Shown piece by piece: positions 19,464-30,138 of a DNA stretch of 64,000 bases. The translations under genes and the position numbers were made by a program. This DNA is from an uncultured Rhodothermaceae bacterium (GTDB lineage Bacteria > Bacteroidota > Rhodothermia > Rhodothermales > Bin80). The stretch is from contig CAZCYQ010000014.1 in the NCBI GenBank assembly GCA_964503085.1, forward strand, positions 211 to 64,210, given 5' to 3'. The notes below the pieces were generated by a model that saw nothing but the letters and a program-made list of their open reading frames with translations, had not been told where the DNA came from and searched no databases. Position 1 is the first letter of the stretch, and the number at the start of each line of letters is the position of its first letter.

Positions 19464-20666
19464 TTAATCGCTGATTACGGCTTCCCGACGCCCGTCGGCA
19501 AAATGGAGAGCCACCTGGTCGTGTGTATCCAGTTCTTGACTGGAACGCACAACTTTGCCCTCCCTTTCTATACGAGCGTAGCCACGCGCGAGATATCGAC
19601 GCGGGTTCAGTGCGGTTAATTGTCCGTTGAGCAATGCTACTTGGTGTCTACTTGACTGAATGCGACTGTTCAGAGACTCGTTCAACAAGTCTACGTAATT
19701 GTTCAGCGTCTGTTGTGCGTCGCGCACGCGATTGATCGGCGTATTGAATGTGTATGATTCTGTAATCTGGACAATTCGCTGGCGCAGGCTGTTTATTCGG
19801 GAGGTAACGGTCTGATGCATTTGCTGTGTGCATCCTTGAATATTCCAGACGAGGGACGAGAGCTCTGGTACACTGGTTTGAGCGGCATGTGTGGGCGTCG
19901 CAGCGCGTACATCCGCCACCAAGTCTGCAATGGTTGTGTCGGTTTCGTGTCCAACCGCACTAATAATAGGGATCCTTGAAGCGAAAATAGCACGTGCGAC
20001 TGGTTCTTCATTGAACGCCCAGAGGTCTTCAAGCGAACCACCCCCACGCCCAACGATAAGCACATCAGGACGACTGTTTGCTGTTAAACGATTGAGTTGT
20101 TCAATAGCATTGGTAATTTCCGGCGCTGCGTTTGGGCCCTGAACACGAACGGGTGCCAGGATAACTTCAGCAACCGGAAAGCGATCCCGCAGGATACGCA
20201 GGATATCCTGTAATGCTGCTCCTTCTCCTGAGGTAACAACGCCAATGCGTCGGGGTATTGCGGGAAGGGCTATTTTTTTGCTATCGTCAAAAAGCCCATC
20301 CTGAGCAAGCTTCCGGCGAAGCTCAAGAAAGCGTTTCTGGAGCTCGCCGGTGGTGTGTCGGCGCTCAATTCTGTGGACGTTGAACTGGAGATTACCAAAC
20401 TTCGGATAAACAGTGGGCGAACCATACACACGCAGTAATTGTCCCGGTTCGGGCGTGAATCCGACATACAGCGTACGACTTTTCCACATTACGCATTTGA
20501 GCGCGCTTGAGTCATCTGCAATTGAAAAATACCAGTGTCCCCGAACAGATTTATGCTCAGAAAGCTCGCCCTCGACCCAAGCAAACCCGTTGGCTTCAAT
20601 ATACTCGCGCAGGTCCGACATGTACTTGCCTACGGGGATGGCTGCCTCTCTCGAGTTTGCACTCAT
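19464..20666 (-). CDS. xseA: Exodeoxyribonuclease VII large subunit
   Basis: N-terminal OB-fold region 'AWVEGELSEHKSVRGHWYFSIADD', catalytic-core region 'IGVVTSGEGAALQDI...LIVGRGGGSLEDLW...SAVGHETD'. ATG at 20666 preferred; a GTG at 20693 is possible. Confidence 0.9.
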   Translation of the reverse strand: MSANSREAAIPVGKYMSDLREYIEANGFAWVEGELSEHKSVRGHWYFSIADDSSALKCVMWKSRTLYVGFTPEPGQLLRVYGSPTVYPKFGNLQFNVHRIERRHTTGELQKRFLELRRKLAQDGLFDDSKKIALPAIPRRIGVVTSGEGAALQDILRILRDRFPVAEVILAPVRVQGPNAAPEITNAIEQLNRLTANSRPDVLIVGRGGGSLEDLWAFNEEPVARAIFASRIPIISAVGHETDTTIADLVADVRAATPTHAAQTSVPELSSLVWNIQGCTQQMHQTVTSRINSLRQRIVQITESYTFNTPINRVRDAQQTLNNYVDLLNESLNSRIQSSRHQVALLNGQLTALNPRRYLARGYARIEREGKVVRSSQELDTHDQVALHFADGRREAVISD

Positions 20667-20837
20667 GGATACCTCCCAGTATTTGAATTGCACAAATCGC
20701 CTGCTTCAAAAGAAGACGCGAGTATTCCTCGTACGATAGGATCTCCAAAGCACAGTATACACATGTTCGGCTAGTTCGTGCGGTCGCGCGCACAAAATAT
20801 ACATAAACCTACAACGATTCTTCAAGTATACGGGCCG

Positions 20838-21341
20838 ATGCTATCCTTACCAAGAAAGCCCAGGCGGATCATGTTCGTATGTTTGGGCAATCATTGTAGA
20901 AGCCCGCTCGCACATGGGTATTTTCAGTATCTCGTGGAGAAGTGTGGACTGGAGGATAATATAGAAGTGGTCTCCTCGGGGACGAGCGGTTGGCATATCG
21001 GCGAAGTTCCAGATTCACGGGTTTGTCGGGTTGCGAGACGACATGGTGTCAGGTTGGACCATATCAGAGGACAGAAGATCACCAAAGCTGATCTGCGGAC
21101 ATGTGACCTCATACTGGTTATGGACAGATCGAATCTGAGAGATGTACTTTCATTGGACAGAGATGGACGTTACACCGAGAAAGTGAGGCTGTTGCGCACT
21201 TTTGATCCATCTTCCGTGGACGACGAAATCCCAGATCCGTATTACAGCGGCATCTTTGACGAGGTCTACACGATTGTATCCCGGGCATGCGATTCCCTGT
21301 TAGAAGAGATCAAAAGCTCACTTGGTGCACCCACTAGCTAG
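20838..21341 (+). CDS. Low-molecular-weight protein-tyrosine phosphatase
   Basis: P-loop 'CLGNHCRS' (C-X5-R-S) near the N-terminus and 'DPYY' Asp loop. Start trimmed to the ATG at 20838. Confidence 0.85.
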   Translation: MLSLPRKPRRIMFVCLGNHCRSPLAHGYFQYLVEKCGLEDNIEVVSSGTSGWHIGEVPDSRVCRVARRHGVRLDHIRGQKITKADLRTCDLILVMDRSNLRDVLSLDRDGRYTEKVRLLRTFDPSSVDDEIPDPYYSGIFDEVYTIVSRACDSLLEEIKSSLGAPTS

Positions 21342-21710
21342 ATTAGGTTGCGCTAGTCCCTACGGAAAATCGGTGTGCTGAGATGTATTCGGGCTGATTT
21401 TTCAGAATAGTTCGCATTATCGTCAGACGAACAATTGGCGATATATTCGGCGGGGTTCGAACTCGCCAAAGAGAAGCGCCTTTCTACGCGCATGGCGAAC
21501 TTGGGCTACCAGCTATTGGGGTAGCCCGTGAGATGCCGGGGCATCGGTTTTCACAGCCATGGTAGATTGATTTAGCTCTCTGATGCCCCCCGGAATTCAA
21601 GTGCTTCAATTGTTGAGAAAGGTGCAACTTTTTTGCCTTCAGACGGAAACAAATTACATAGTTAACTGTTTATCCGTGCAAATCGAAAACATAATTCGAA
21701 ATCTACAAGA

Positions 21711-22895
21711 ATGTTGTCCCGTAATGCATTACCAAAGGTGCGTCAAGCACTGAATCGACAGGCCGCCACGGCACTGCTTGGGCCCCGCCAAGTGGGCAAG
21801 ACTACGCTGGCCTTAGAGATTGCAGCCATGACTGAAGCGCTGTATCTCGACCTGCAGTCCGGTAGTGATCGGGCACGGCTGATTGACCCTAGATTGTATC
21901 TGCGTCATTACGAAGATCGACTTGTGATTCTGGACGAAATTCACCGAGTGCCTGAACTATTTTCTGAATTACGTGGTCTCATTGACGAAGGGAGGCGGCG
22001 CGGCCTAAGAACTGGGAGGTTTCTCATCCTCGGGTCAGCAACTATGGATCTGCTTAAACAGGCAGGAGAGAGTCTAGCGGGTCGAATCGAATTTGTGTCT
22101 CTCAATCCTCTCAGCGTCCTTGAAACGGACGCGAATGCCCAGGATTCTCTATGGGTTCGTGGTGGTTTTCCGGACAGTTATCTCGCAGGCACTGACGACG
22201 ACAGCCTGGTATTCCGTCAGAATTTCATTCGCACGTATCTGGAGCGTGATTTGGCGGAATTTGTGCAGGTTCGAATACCTGCTGAAACCCTTGAACGATT
22301 CTGGATCATGTTGGCTCACAGCCAGGGGGGACTCCTGAACATGGCACAGTTGGCGAGCAACCTTGCCATGAGTGCCCCCTCCGTGTCACAGTACATTGAT
22401 GTGCTGACTCGCTTACTCCTCGTGCGGCGACTTTCCCCCTATTCGGCCAACACGCGCAAGCGGCTTGTCAGGTCTCCCAAGATTTACGTCCGCGACAGCG
22501 GCCTTCTGCACGCTCTCTTGGGCATCAAACAATTTCACGACCTTGTAGGACATCCTATCGTCGGAGCCAGTTGGGAAGGATTTGTAATTGAGAATCTCCT
22601 TTCTGATGCTTATCCCCGAACGCGTGCCAGCTTTTACCGAACGTCCGCGGGAGCTGAACTTGACCTTGTACTGGAGATTCCCGGATTCCGGCGGCCTATA
22701 GCCATAGAAATTAAGCGCTCACTCACCCCAAGCCTCGGCAAAGGATTCCACAATGCCATTAGTGATATTGAGCCGGAGCGTGCCTTTGTGGTATATGCGG
22801 GCGAAGAACGCTATCCGGTGGGGGAATCAACCGAAGTCATCGGACTCAGCGAAATGGCCCTACTGCTTTCACAGCCTGATCTGCTGCGCTCGTAG
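21711..22895 (+). CDS. AAA+ ATPase of the AAA_14/DUF4143 type
   Basis: Walker A 'GPRQVGKTTL', Walker B 'LVILDEIH'. Length (about 390 aa) and C-terminal region are typical of the DUF4143 family. Preceded by about 370 nt of non-coding DNA. Confidence 0.8.
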   Translation: MLSRNALPKVRQALNRQAATALLGPRQVGKTTLALEIAAMTEALYLDLQSGSDRARLIDPRLYLRHYEDRLVILDEIHRVPELFSELRGLIDEGRRRGLRTGRFLILGSATMDLLKQAGESLAGRIEFVSLNPLSVLETDANAQDSLWVRGGFPDSYLAGTDDDSLVFRQNFIRTYLERDLAEFVQVRIPAETLERFWIMLAHSQGGLLNMAQLASNLAMSAPSVSQYIDVLTRLLLVRRLSPYSANTRKRLVRSPKIYVRDSGLLHALLGIKQFHDLVGHPIVGASWEGFVIENLLSDAYPRTRASFYRTSAGAELDLVLEIPGFRRPIAIEIKRSLTPSLGKGFHNAISDIEPERAFVVYAGEERYPVGESTEVIGLSEMALLLSQPDLLRS

Positions 22896-23041
22896 AAATC
22901 TGCCGAGTGGACTATGTTTGAACTGATAAGGAGACACCCAAGAATGGACTGCCCCTTTTTGTAGATATTTGCCTGGATCATGGATTTTTCTCTCTTCAGG
23001 CGGTCTTATTGTATGCTTCAACCGTTCTACAATCTCCGAAC

Positions 23042-23770
23042 TTATAACCGTGCCTGTTTCAGATATAATTCCCTTTTGATACGTGGTTGTTTGTTAATGC
23101 CGATTTGGCTGCAAAAGAGATCAATATCCGTAAGATCTCGTAGCAGCACGTCTGGATTTGCCGATCTAAGATCTTGGTAACTAGTGTAGCCGGTTGCCAC
23201 GGCGACGGACAAGGCGCCAATGTCCATTCCGCAGGTTATATCATGTACGGAGTCGCCAACAATTACGATTTCGTGTCCAGGAAATGCCTTTCCACAGTAT
23301 TGAAGAGCTCGGGCGGCAGCAATTGCGGGGAGTCGGTTTCGATCAGCATGATCGCATCCGAAAGCACCAAAGGGAAATAAATGATCCATTCGGGCCGCGG
23401 CCAGCTTGCGATAAGCAGTGACGCGAACATTGCCCGTCAGCAGTGCAAGCTGCACAGTTTCGATGTTTCGCAAATGTTCAAGAAGTGCACGCACGCCATC
23501 CGAGGGATGCACGTCGTTTGAGGCATAGGTAGCGTGTTCTGTATAGTGTGCCAGTGCGTCTGGCAGCAAGTCGGAAACCTGTTTTGGCCCAAAGCCGGCC
23601 AATAGCAAGGTCTCTTCCAGGATTTGTGGATCCGTGCGACCGGAAAATTCCACGCCTTCGGTGGAGATTGGCTTACCACAGAGTTTGCCGAGTACGTATT
23701 CAATATGCTCTCGGCCTGATCCAATAGGCTTGACGAGCGTTCCGTCGATATCGAACAGAAGCAGCTTCAT
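23042..23770 (-). CDS. HAD-superfamily hydrolase (phosphoglycolate phosphatase-like)
   Basis: Motif I 'LLFDIDGTLV', motif IV 'VGDSVHD'. 4-nt overlap with rfbB. Confidence 0.8.
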   Translation of the reverse strand: MKLLLFDIDGTLVKPIGSGREHIEYVLGKLCGKPISTEGVEFSGRTDPQILEETLLLAGFGPKQVSDLLPDALAHYTEHATYASNDVHPSDGVRALLEHLRNIETVQLALLTGNVRVTAYRKLAAARMDHLFPFGAFGCDHADRNRLPAIAAARALQYCGKAFPGHEIVIVGDSVHDITCGMDIGALSVAVATGYTSYQDLRSANPDVLLRDLTDIDLFCSQIGINKQPRIKRELYLKQARL

Positions 23771-24828
23771 ACCGAATACTGCGTTTGTAGATACGTACGG
23801 TAGGTCTCATCCATGACAGCCTGCAGCCAGGGTCTATTGGCCAGATACCACTTAACGGTTGTGCGTAGCCCAGCTGCAAGCGTGTGATTCGGCTTCCAGC
23901 CCAATTCGGTTATGAGCTTACTGGCATCAATTGCATAGCGAAAGTCGTGTCCTGGACGGTCTTTAACGAAAGTTATAAGACTCCAGCTGGTCCCTTCCGG
24001 TCGGTCCAACTCTTCATCCACAATGGTGAGCAAGAGGCGAAGCAGTTCCAGATTGGAGCATTCTCCGCTGCCTCCTACCAAATAGGTGTCTCCGTTTAAG
24101 CCCTGATGCAGCATGAGTGCCAGTGCCTCACAGTGATCCTCAACGTGAAGCCAGTCACGAACATTTTCACCTTGGGAATACACAGGGATTGGTGCCATTT
24201 CGAGTGCACGCACGATTGCCAATGGGATGAGTTTTTCTGGGAATTGGTAGGGTCCGTAGTTGTTGGAGCAGTTCGAGATGACCACTGGAAGGTCGTACGT
24301 AGCAGCATATGCACGAACAAAGTGATCGGCTGCAGCCTTAGAGGCAGCGTACGGCGAGCGAGGGGCATAGGGCGTGTCAATCGTAAACTTGCCGGATTCC
24401 TCGAGCGCCCCAAAAACCTCATCCGTAGACACATGCAAAAAGCGGCATTGCCGTTGATCAGAATTAGACCAGGCAGCTCGTGCAGCTTGCAACAGAGAGA
24501 CCGTACCCTCCACATTTGATTTTACAAAATCAATGGGCGCATGGATTGATCGGTCGACATGGCTTTCCGCCGCAAAATGCACGACTGTTGTAAATCCGTA
24601 TTGCGCAAATAGCCGTTGCATCAGGTCCAGGTCGCAAATATCCCCATGTACAAAGGTGTAGTTTGGAGCACTCTCTATTGCGTGCAGGCTTTGAAGGTTT
24701 CCTGCATAGGTTAACTTGTCAAGGTTCACGATTGTGGTTTCGGGGAACCGCGGCACCATGAGGTGCAGAAAATTTGCGCCGATAAAGCCGGCGCCCCCCG
24801 TGACTAAAATGCGAAGCGGTTGATGCAA
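23767..24828 (-). CDS. rfbB: dTDP-glucose 4,6-dehydratase
   Basis: 'TGGAGFIGANF', catalytic 'YAASKAAADH'. Full-length RfbB-like sequence, 353 aa. Confidence 0.92.
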   Translation of the reverse strand: MHQPLRILVTGGAGFIGANFLHLMVPRFPETTIVNLDKLTYAGNLQSLHAIESAPNYTFVHGDICDLDLMQRLFAQYGFTTVVHFAAESHVDRSIHAPIDFVKSNVEGTVSLLQAARAAWSNSDQRQCRFLHVSTDEVFGALEESGKFTIDTPYAPRSPYAASKAAADHFVRAYAATYDLPVVISNCSNNYGPYQFPEKLIPLAIVRALEMAPIPVYSQGENVRDWLHVEDHCEALALMLHQGLNGDTYLVGGSGECSNLELLRLLLTIVDEELDRPEGTSWSLITFVKDRPGHDFRYAIDASKLITELGWKPNHTLAAGLRTTVKWYLANRPWLQAVMDETYRTYLQTQYSV

Positions 24829-24962
24829 AATAGTGTGTTCACTCTGGTAACAAGAATTATCGGTAACGCCTTATCCAAGGCATTGATCACCTTGCCGCGA
24901 CTCGGACCGCAGGGAATTGGACGAACACTGGGCATACCCAGCGAGATGAGGCGGTTGATCGG

Positions 24963-26306
24963 CTATGATTCACGCGCATTTACACGGCGTCTCCAAAAGA
25001 AATAAGCGGCTGCCGGCAAGCCGGAAAGCACAAAGGACAGGTCAATCAAAGATTGCTGCCAATCCAGTACGCCGCGGACGAGAATTAAAGCCAGGAGCAA
25101 AACAAGGTAAAGCGCGGGAAGTACGGGATAGCCAGGCACCTTGAACACCGCGTTATCCTCGCCGACCTTGCGGTGTCTCAAAACAAACAGTGCTGCTGTG
25201 GTGACAGCATAGAAGATCAGAATAACGAATACCATGCCGGTCGCAATAGCCTCAAATGAGCCACGAACCAACAGAATGACGGCTCCCCAACCGCATTGAA
25301 GCAGGACCGCACGCGATGGTGTGCGATAAGTTGGATGCACATAGTTAAGCCAGCGAAAAAAGAGCCCATCTTTTGCCATGGCGTAGTAAACCCGCGGCGC
25401 GGCAAGTGTCGTCCCGTTCATGCTTCCCGTTGCCGAAATCATTATCAGGATCGCAAAGGCCCCCGCACCAACAGGCCCCAGTAATACGGTAGCCAGTTCT
25501 GCCCCCACACGGTTTGTTTCACGAATGGCTTCCAATCCCAGAGTGCTGTGGTAGACAAAGTTTATGGCTACGTAAATTACCATCACCACAACAAATCCAA
25601 GCAATAGCGCGCGTGGAAGAGAGCGGTTCGGGTTTTTCATTTCGCCTGCGGCGTAACCGGTTCGTTCCCAGCCGACCATGGCGAACAGGATCAGGAGAAT
25701 GGTGTCTGCTATACTTCCGGTGAACCCAAGACGGCCTTGACTTGCAGCGGTCTCTCCAAGTTTATTCTCACTGCCGGGTAGTACTATCAGGCCAATGATC
25801 ACAAGGAGCAGCAGACCACCTACCTTGACCACAGTCGAAAAATTCTGGTAGATCTTGGCATACTGAATCCCGGTATAGTTAAGGTAGCAAAGGGAAGCAA
25901 TGATACACAATGCAAGTACAGTCTCCTGCCAAGGGAGCAGTTCTACGAAGAACTCAAAGTAAGCAACCGTGACCAACGACAGGCCTGCCAGCGGACTCGA
26001 GCGGATAATAAAAATCTGTGCCCATCCAAATATGAATCCGGCCAGTGGCCCAAAGGCTTTGTTTATATACACATACTCTCCACCTGTAACAGGCAGGCGT
26101 GTACCAAGCTCAGCATAAATGAGGTATCCAACGAGTGCAAGGCCGCCGCAACCAACCCAGAGCCAGATGATCTGGCTGAATGAACTCATGTTCAACGCTA
26201 TTTGCTGCGGTACAGCAAAAATGCCGGCCCCAATCGTTATGCCGATCAGTACGGCCGAGGTGTCAATCGTGGTCAGGACTCGCCTGAGTTTTTGAGGTTG
26301 CGTCAT
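24963..26306 (-). CDS. APC-family amino-acid permease
   Basis: 447-aa protein with about 12 TM helices. N-terminal 'IGITIGAGIF' and overall APC-like pattern. Confidence 0.8.
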   Translation of the reverse strand: MTQPQKLRRVLTTIDTSAVLIGITIGAGIFAVPQQIALNMSSFSQIIWLWVGCGGLALVGYLIYAELGTRLPVTGGEYVYINKAFGPLAGFIFGWAQIFIIRSSPLAGLSLVTVAYFEFFVELLPWQETVLALCIIASLCYLNYTGIQYAKIYQNFSTVVKVGGLLLLVIIGLIVLPGSENKLGETAASQGRLGFTGSIADTILLILFAMVGWERTGYAAGEMKNPNRSLPRALLLGFVVVMVIYVAINFVYHSTLGLEAIRETNRVGAELATVLLGPVGAGAFAILIMISATGSMNGTTLAAPRVYYAMAKDGLFFRWLNYVHPTYRTPSRAVLLQCGWGAVILLVRGSFEAIATGMVFVILIFYAVTTAALFVLRHRKVGEDNAVFKVPGYPVLPALYLVLLLALILVRGVLDWQQSLIDLSFVLSGLPAAAYFFWRRRVNARES

Positions 26307-26311
26307 AGTTG

Positions 26312-28015
26312 TTAGAACCCGATGGCCCGTCCGTCGTAGCTGCGTGAATCCGCAGCACCATAGAAGGCGTCGTCTTTAATCATAATGCAATGTGCACTCC
26401 CCTGAGAGCTTCGATAACGTACAGTGTGTCCCTTGGCTTCGTAAAGACGCTTCGTATCCGGCGAAATCCCTAATGATTCGAAGCTGGTTATATCCGGGAG
26501 CCATTGATGATGAATTCGTGGGGATTCAACAGCCTGCGCTATGTTCATGTCAAAGCTCAGGACATTCAGGATTATCTGGAGGACGGTATTAATGATCGTA
26601 CGTCCCCCGGGGGTCCCCACGATCAGGAATGGCTTACCGTCCCGAGCTACGATCGTTGGGGTCATACTGCTCAGCATTCGTTTTTGTGGGGCAGCGAGAT
26701 TGGGCGGCGTGCCGATGTATCCGTTTGTACCTGTGTGACCTGGGATCGGGTTAAAATCCCCCATCTCATTGTTGAGCAGAAAACCCGTTCCATCGGCTAC
26801 GATCTGAGATCCATAACTGTGTTCGAGTGTATAGGTCAGCGAAACTGCATTCCCCGCAGCATCAACGACGGACAGGTGGGTGGTTTCTTCACTTTCGGCC
26901 GGAAAATACAGTTGGCTCAGCTGTTCAGGGTCACTTTTGGAGGCTTGCGCTTCATTGATAGACCCTCTTAGCTTATCCGCATGCGCTTTGCTGATCAGAC
27001 GTTCAATCGGCATATCCGGGTTGAAATTTGGGTCACCCAGGTGTTCTGCGCGGTCAGCGAATGCGCGCCGCATCGCCTCTGTCATTAGGTGCAGGTATTG
27101 TGCAGAATTATGTCCGAGCCCTGACAGATCATAGGGTTCCAGAATATTGAGCATAGTGACCAGTGCCACCCCTCCGCTGCTAGGCGGGCTCATGGAATAA
27201 ATGTCATAGGCCCCAAAGGTGCCGTGTATGGGTGCCTGCTCCTCCGCCTCGTACAATGCCAGATCCTCCATGGTAATAAGCCCACCGTGACGGGCCATGA
27301 ATTCGCTTAAAAGTCGTGCAGTCTCGCCGTCATAGAAGCCATCGTGTCCATGATCGCGAATACGTTCCAAGGAGGCCGCCAAATCCGGCTGTTGCCAGAT
27401 TTCTCCAGGTTCAAAAACGTCAGTCCCATTCTTGAGGAAGGCTTGGCGGGTTGCCGAATACAGAGGAGAAGATGTTTGTGCAAGATGTCCCAGGAAGCCC
27501 TGCATTGCGCGCGAGGAGGGGAATCCTTCTGCGGCCAACCGGACTGCCGGCTCTACAAGGGTACTCCAGTCAGCTTTGCCCAGACGTTGATGGGCGAGCC
27601 AAAGGCCTGCAACTGTGCCGGGTACACCAACCGAAAGGGGACCCTCATGGTTAGAATTATCTTTAATTTTACCGTCACGCCCCAGAAACATTGTTGCGGT
27701 GGCTGCCAATGGAGCTTTCTCCCTGAAATTGAAACTGGTTACATAACCATCTGCACCGTGGTACACCAGAAAACCTCCTCCCCCAATGTTACCCGCCGAT
27801 GGTAATGTTACGGCCAGTGCAAAAGCGGTCGCTATGGCAGCGTCCACGGAGTTGCCCCCATCGCGGAGCACTTCCATCCCCACTTGTGAGGCCAGATAGT
27901 GACTGGAAACAACCATACCGCTGTCAGCTGCAACCGGAATACGTCCGGCCTGGCCCGATACCGAGCCTGCAAACAGAATTAACGCAGTAAATATCGTAGC
28001 ACAATAGCGCACCAT
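26312..28015 (-). CDS. ggt: Gamma-glutamyltransferase
   Basis: Signal peptide. Autoprocessing/nucleophile region 'ETTHLSVVD', and 'GTPGGRTIINTV'. 567 aa. Confidence 0.92.
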   Translation of the reverse strand: MVRYCATIFTALILFAGSVSGQAGRIPVAADSGMVVSSHYLASQVGMEVLRDGGNSVDAAIATAFALAVTLPSAGNIGGGGFLVYHGADGYVTSFNFREKAPLAATATMFLGRDGKIKDNSNHEGPLSVGVPGTVAGLWLAHQRLGKADWSTLVEPAVRLAAEGFPSSRAMQGFLGHLAQTSSPLYSATRQAFLKNGTDVFEPGEIWQQPDLAASLERIRDHGHDGFYDGETARLLSEFMARHGGLITMEDLALYEAEEQAPIHGTFGAYDIYSMSPPSSGGVALVTMLNILEPYDLSGLGHNSAQYLHLMTEAMRRAFADRAEHLGDPNFNPDMPIERLISKAHADKLRGSINEAQASKSDPEQLSQLYFPAESEETTHLSVVDAAGNAVSLTYTLEHSYGSQIVADGTGFLLNNEMGDFNPIPGHTGTNGYIGTPPNLAAPQKRMLSSMTPTIVARDGKPFLIVGTPGGRTIINTVLQIILNVLSFDMNIAQAVESPRIHHQWLPDITSFESLGISPDTKRLYEAKGHTVRYRSSQGSAHCIMIKDDAFYGAADSRSYDGRAIGF

Positions 28016-28056
28016 GTTCGTTGAGGTTAAGTTATAGGGCAGAATGGATTAATACG

Positions 28057-30138
28057 ATGGATCCAGTTAAGTTAATGTACACAGCCCTGCCATGGGTGTG
28101 CAGCCTGCTGCTGATTGCAGCCTGCTCGAGCGAAAATGAATCGGAATCTCCGGTATTCACGGGACTTGACAGTGAATATGCGGGAGATGCTGTTTGTTTC
28201 GATTGTCATGAATCTGAATGGACCGGCTTTCAGGATCATGGCATGGCACGATCGTTTTATCCACTGACCAGTGACAATGTTGTGGAAGATTTCAATGCAG
28301 ATCCGATATGGCATGAGGAGAGTGGGTTCTGGTACAGGGTTCTGGAAGAAGATGGAGCTTATTGGCAGGAAGAATATCGGCTTAACGACCAGGGAGAGCG
28401 GGTTCACAGTTTGAAACGACGTATAAATTTTGTTATCGGCAGTGGCAATGCGGCGCGTACCTATGCGTCTGAATCCAATGACCGTTTGTATGAACTCCCG
28501 CTTACATGGTATAGCCAGACGGCTCAGTGGGATTTCAGTCCGGGCTACGGCGTTGCTAACAAACGCTTCGGGCGTCTGATCCCGGATCGCTGTATGGCTT
28601 GTCACAATAGCTATCCCAGCACTGTTGAGTGGGTTGAGGGCAAGTATGATGAGGTGCCCAATGGTATCAGCTGTGAGCGATGTCATGGACCGGGCAGTGA
28701 ACATGTTGATTTGCGTCTTGCCGGAGGTGGTCCCACCGAAGATGCCGACTATTCAATTGTCAATCCGGCCAGGCTGACCCACGATCTTCAAATGGATGTC
28801 TGCCAGCAATGTCATTTACATACGAGTGTTTCGGTTCTGCGGGATGGTCGAGGGCCGTTTGATTTTCGGCCATCGGAGAGATTGCAGGATCATCTTGCAT
28901 TATTTTCCGCACGTGACTCAGTTGGTGGACTGGATGTGATTTCGCACGCCGAACGGCTTGCTCAGAGCGCCTGTTATCTGGCCAGCATCCCGCAAATGAC
29001 ATGTACGACATGTCATAATCCGCACGAAGCTTTTCGAGGCAAGGGCCCGGAGTATTTCAACAATACTTGCATTTCCTGTCACGAGGCCGTCCCTGAACAT
29101 GAACTGAGGACGGATTGCGCGAGTTGTCATATGCCGAAGCAGGTTGCAGATGGAACACCTCATGCCACATTCACGGATCACTGGATTCGTGTAGTTGAGG
29201 ATGAAGCCCCGCTGGCAGCGCATCAAACCCCGTTGCTGACTGCGTACTACGACCGTGACCGTACGGGGACTGGAAAAATGGAAGCCATCGCGACATTGGT
29301 ACATGCGACGCAAACGAGCGACGTCAGCGCCATGGAGGCCGGCATTGATCTAGTGCGTTCACTGGGGCCATCGGATACTACTGGGGAGGCTCGGTTTTTA
29401 ATGGGAGTCTCACTTTGGCGTTTGGGGCGCTCGGAGGAAGCTATTGCGCCTTTGGAAGCCGCAGTTGCTGTTCGCCCCAATATACCAGAGCGCTTAAATG
29501 CCTTGGCACAAGCCTATGAGAGTGCGAATGAAAAACTGGATCAGGTAAGAGGGCTATATGAGCAGGCGCTTGCAATTCAGCCGGCGCTTGCTGACATCAG
29601 GATCAATTATGGGCGCTATCTGGAACTGGTAGGGGATCTCACGGGTGCGATTGCGCAATATCGGCGTGCTGCTAGCGAAAAGCCTTGGCTGGCGCCGGCG
29701 CACTATAACCTAGGTACGGCGCTCTTGCAGAATGGTGAGTTTGCAGAGGCTGAAGCTGTACTTGAGCAGACATTGGTTCTCGACCCAGATCATGCCGATG
29801 CGCTTGGGAATCTGGGACTTTATCTCCTGACAGAGAATCGCATTCAAGAGGCGGGTGCACGGTTTAGGCAGGCGGTTGCGTCGGCACCAGAGAATCCGAT
29901 CGCGCTTAGCAATCTAGGCAGCTGGTACTTCAATATTGCGGGTTTTGAGGAGGCTATAATTTACTTGGAGCGTGCGGTTGCCATTGAACCGGAGTATCTT
30001 GGGGCATGGGAGAACCTGGCGCTTTCTTATGCCCGCATAGACAGGGGGGTAGACGCTATGCGGGCAGCTGAACGGATAATGGAACTGGACCCCAATAACC
30101 AAATGGCGCACGCCATACTGGACGCGTTTGGAACATGA
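28057..30138 (+). CDS. Multiheme c-type cytochrome (7 CXXCH) fused to TPR repeats, lipoprotein
   Basis: Lipobox 'LIAAC'. Heme motifs CFDCH, CMACH, CERCH, CQQCH, CTTCH, CISCH, CASCH. C-terminal third has TPR-like repeats ('AHYNLGTALLQNGEFAEAEAVLEQTLVLDPDHADAL...'). ATG at 28057; the track start at 28021 is TTG. Confidence 0.85.
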   Translation: MDPVKLMYTALPWVCSLLLIAACSSENESESPVFTGLDSEYAGDAVCFDCHESEWTGFQDHGMARSFYPLTSDNVVEDFNADPIWHEESGFWYRVLEEDGAYWQEEYRLNDQGERVHSLKRRINFVIGSGNAARTYASESNDRLYELPLTWYSQTAQWDFSPGYGVANKRFGRLIPDRCMACHNSYPSTVEWVEGKYDEVPNGISCERCHGPGSEHVDLRLAGGGPTEDADYSIVNPARLTHDLQMDVCQQCHLHTSVSVLRDGRGPFDFRPSERLQDHLALFSARDSVGGLDVISHAERLAQSACYLASIPQMTCTTCHNPHEAFRGKGPEYFNNTCISCHEAVPEHELRTDCASCHMPKQVADGTPHATFTDHWIRVVEDEAPLAAHQTPLLTAYYDRDRTGTGKMEAIATLVHATQTSDVSAMEAGIDLVRSLGPSDTTGEARFLMGVSLWRLGRSEEAIAPLEAAVAVRPNIPERLNALAQAYESANEKLDQVRGLYEQALAIQPALADIRINYGRYLELVGDLTGAIAQYRRAASEKPWLAPAHYNLGTALLQNGEFAEAEAVLEQTLVLDPDHADALGNLGLYLLTENRIQEAGARFRQAVASAPENPIALSNLGSWYFNIAGFEEAIIYLERAVAIEPEYLGAWENLALSYARIDRGVDAMRAAERIMELDPNNQMAHAILDAFGT

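Noticed and set aside
17223-20666. xseB and xseA are separated by two unrelated genes (an SDR and a YjbQ-like gene) rather than being adjacent
   Set aside because: The two ExoVII subunits are often unlinked in bacterial genomes, so this is not anomalous.
21450-21466. tRNA-like T-arm hairpin 'gcggg-gttcgaa-ctcgc' in the leader of the DUF4143 ATPase gene
   Set aside because: No matching acceptor stem, D-arm or anticodon arm could be built from the surrounding about 90 nt, and the loop register is non-canonical. It is not a tRNA gene. At most it is a relic, as mentioned under the related finding.
28016-28056. Only about 41 nt separate the divergent ggt and cytochrome start codons
   Set aside because: This is noted as compact divergent promoter space, but the cytochrome start could also be the upstream TTG. 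Without transcription data there is nothing to conclude.
28072-28704. 210-aa minus-strand ORF inside the first cytochrome gene
   Set aside because: It is antisense to a gene whose frame is validated by seven CXXCH motifs and a lipobox. No motif of its own.
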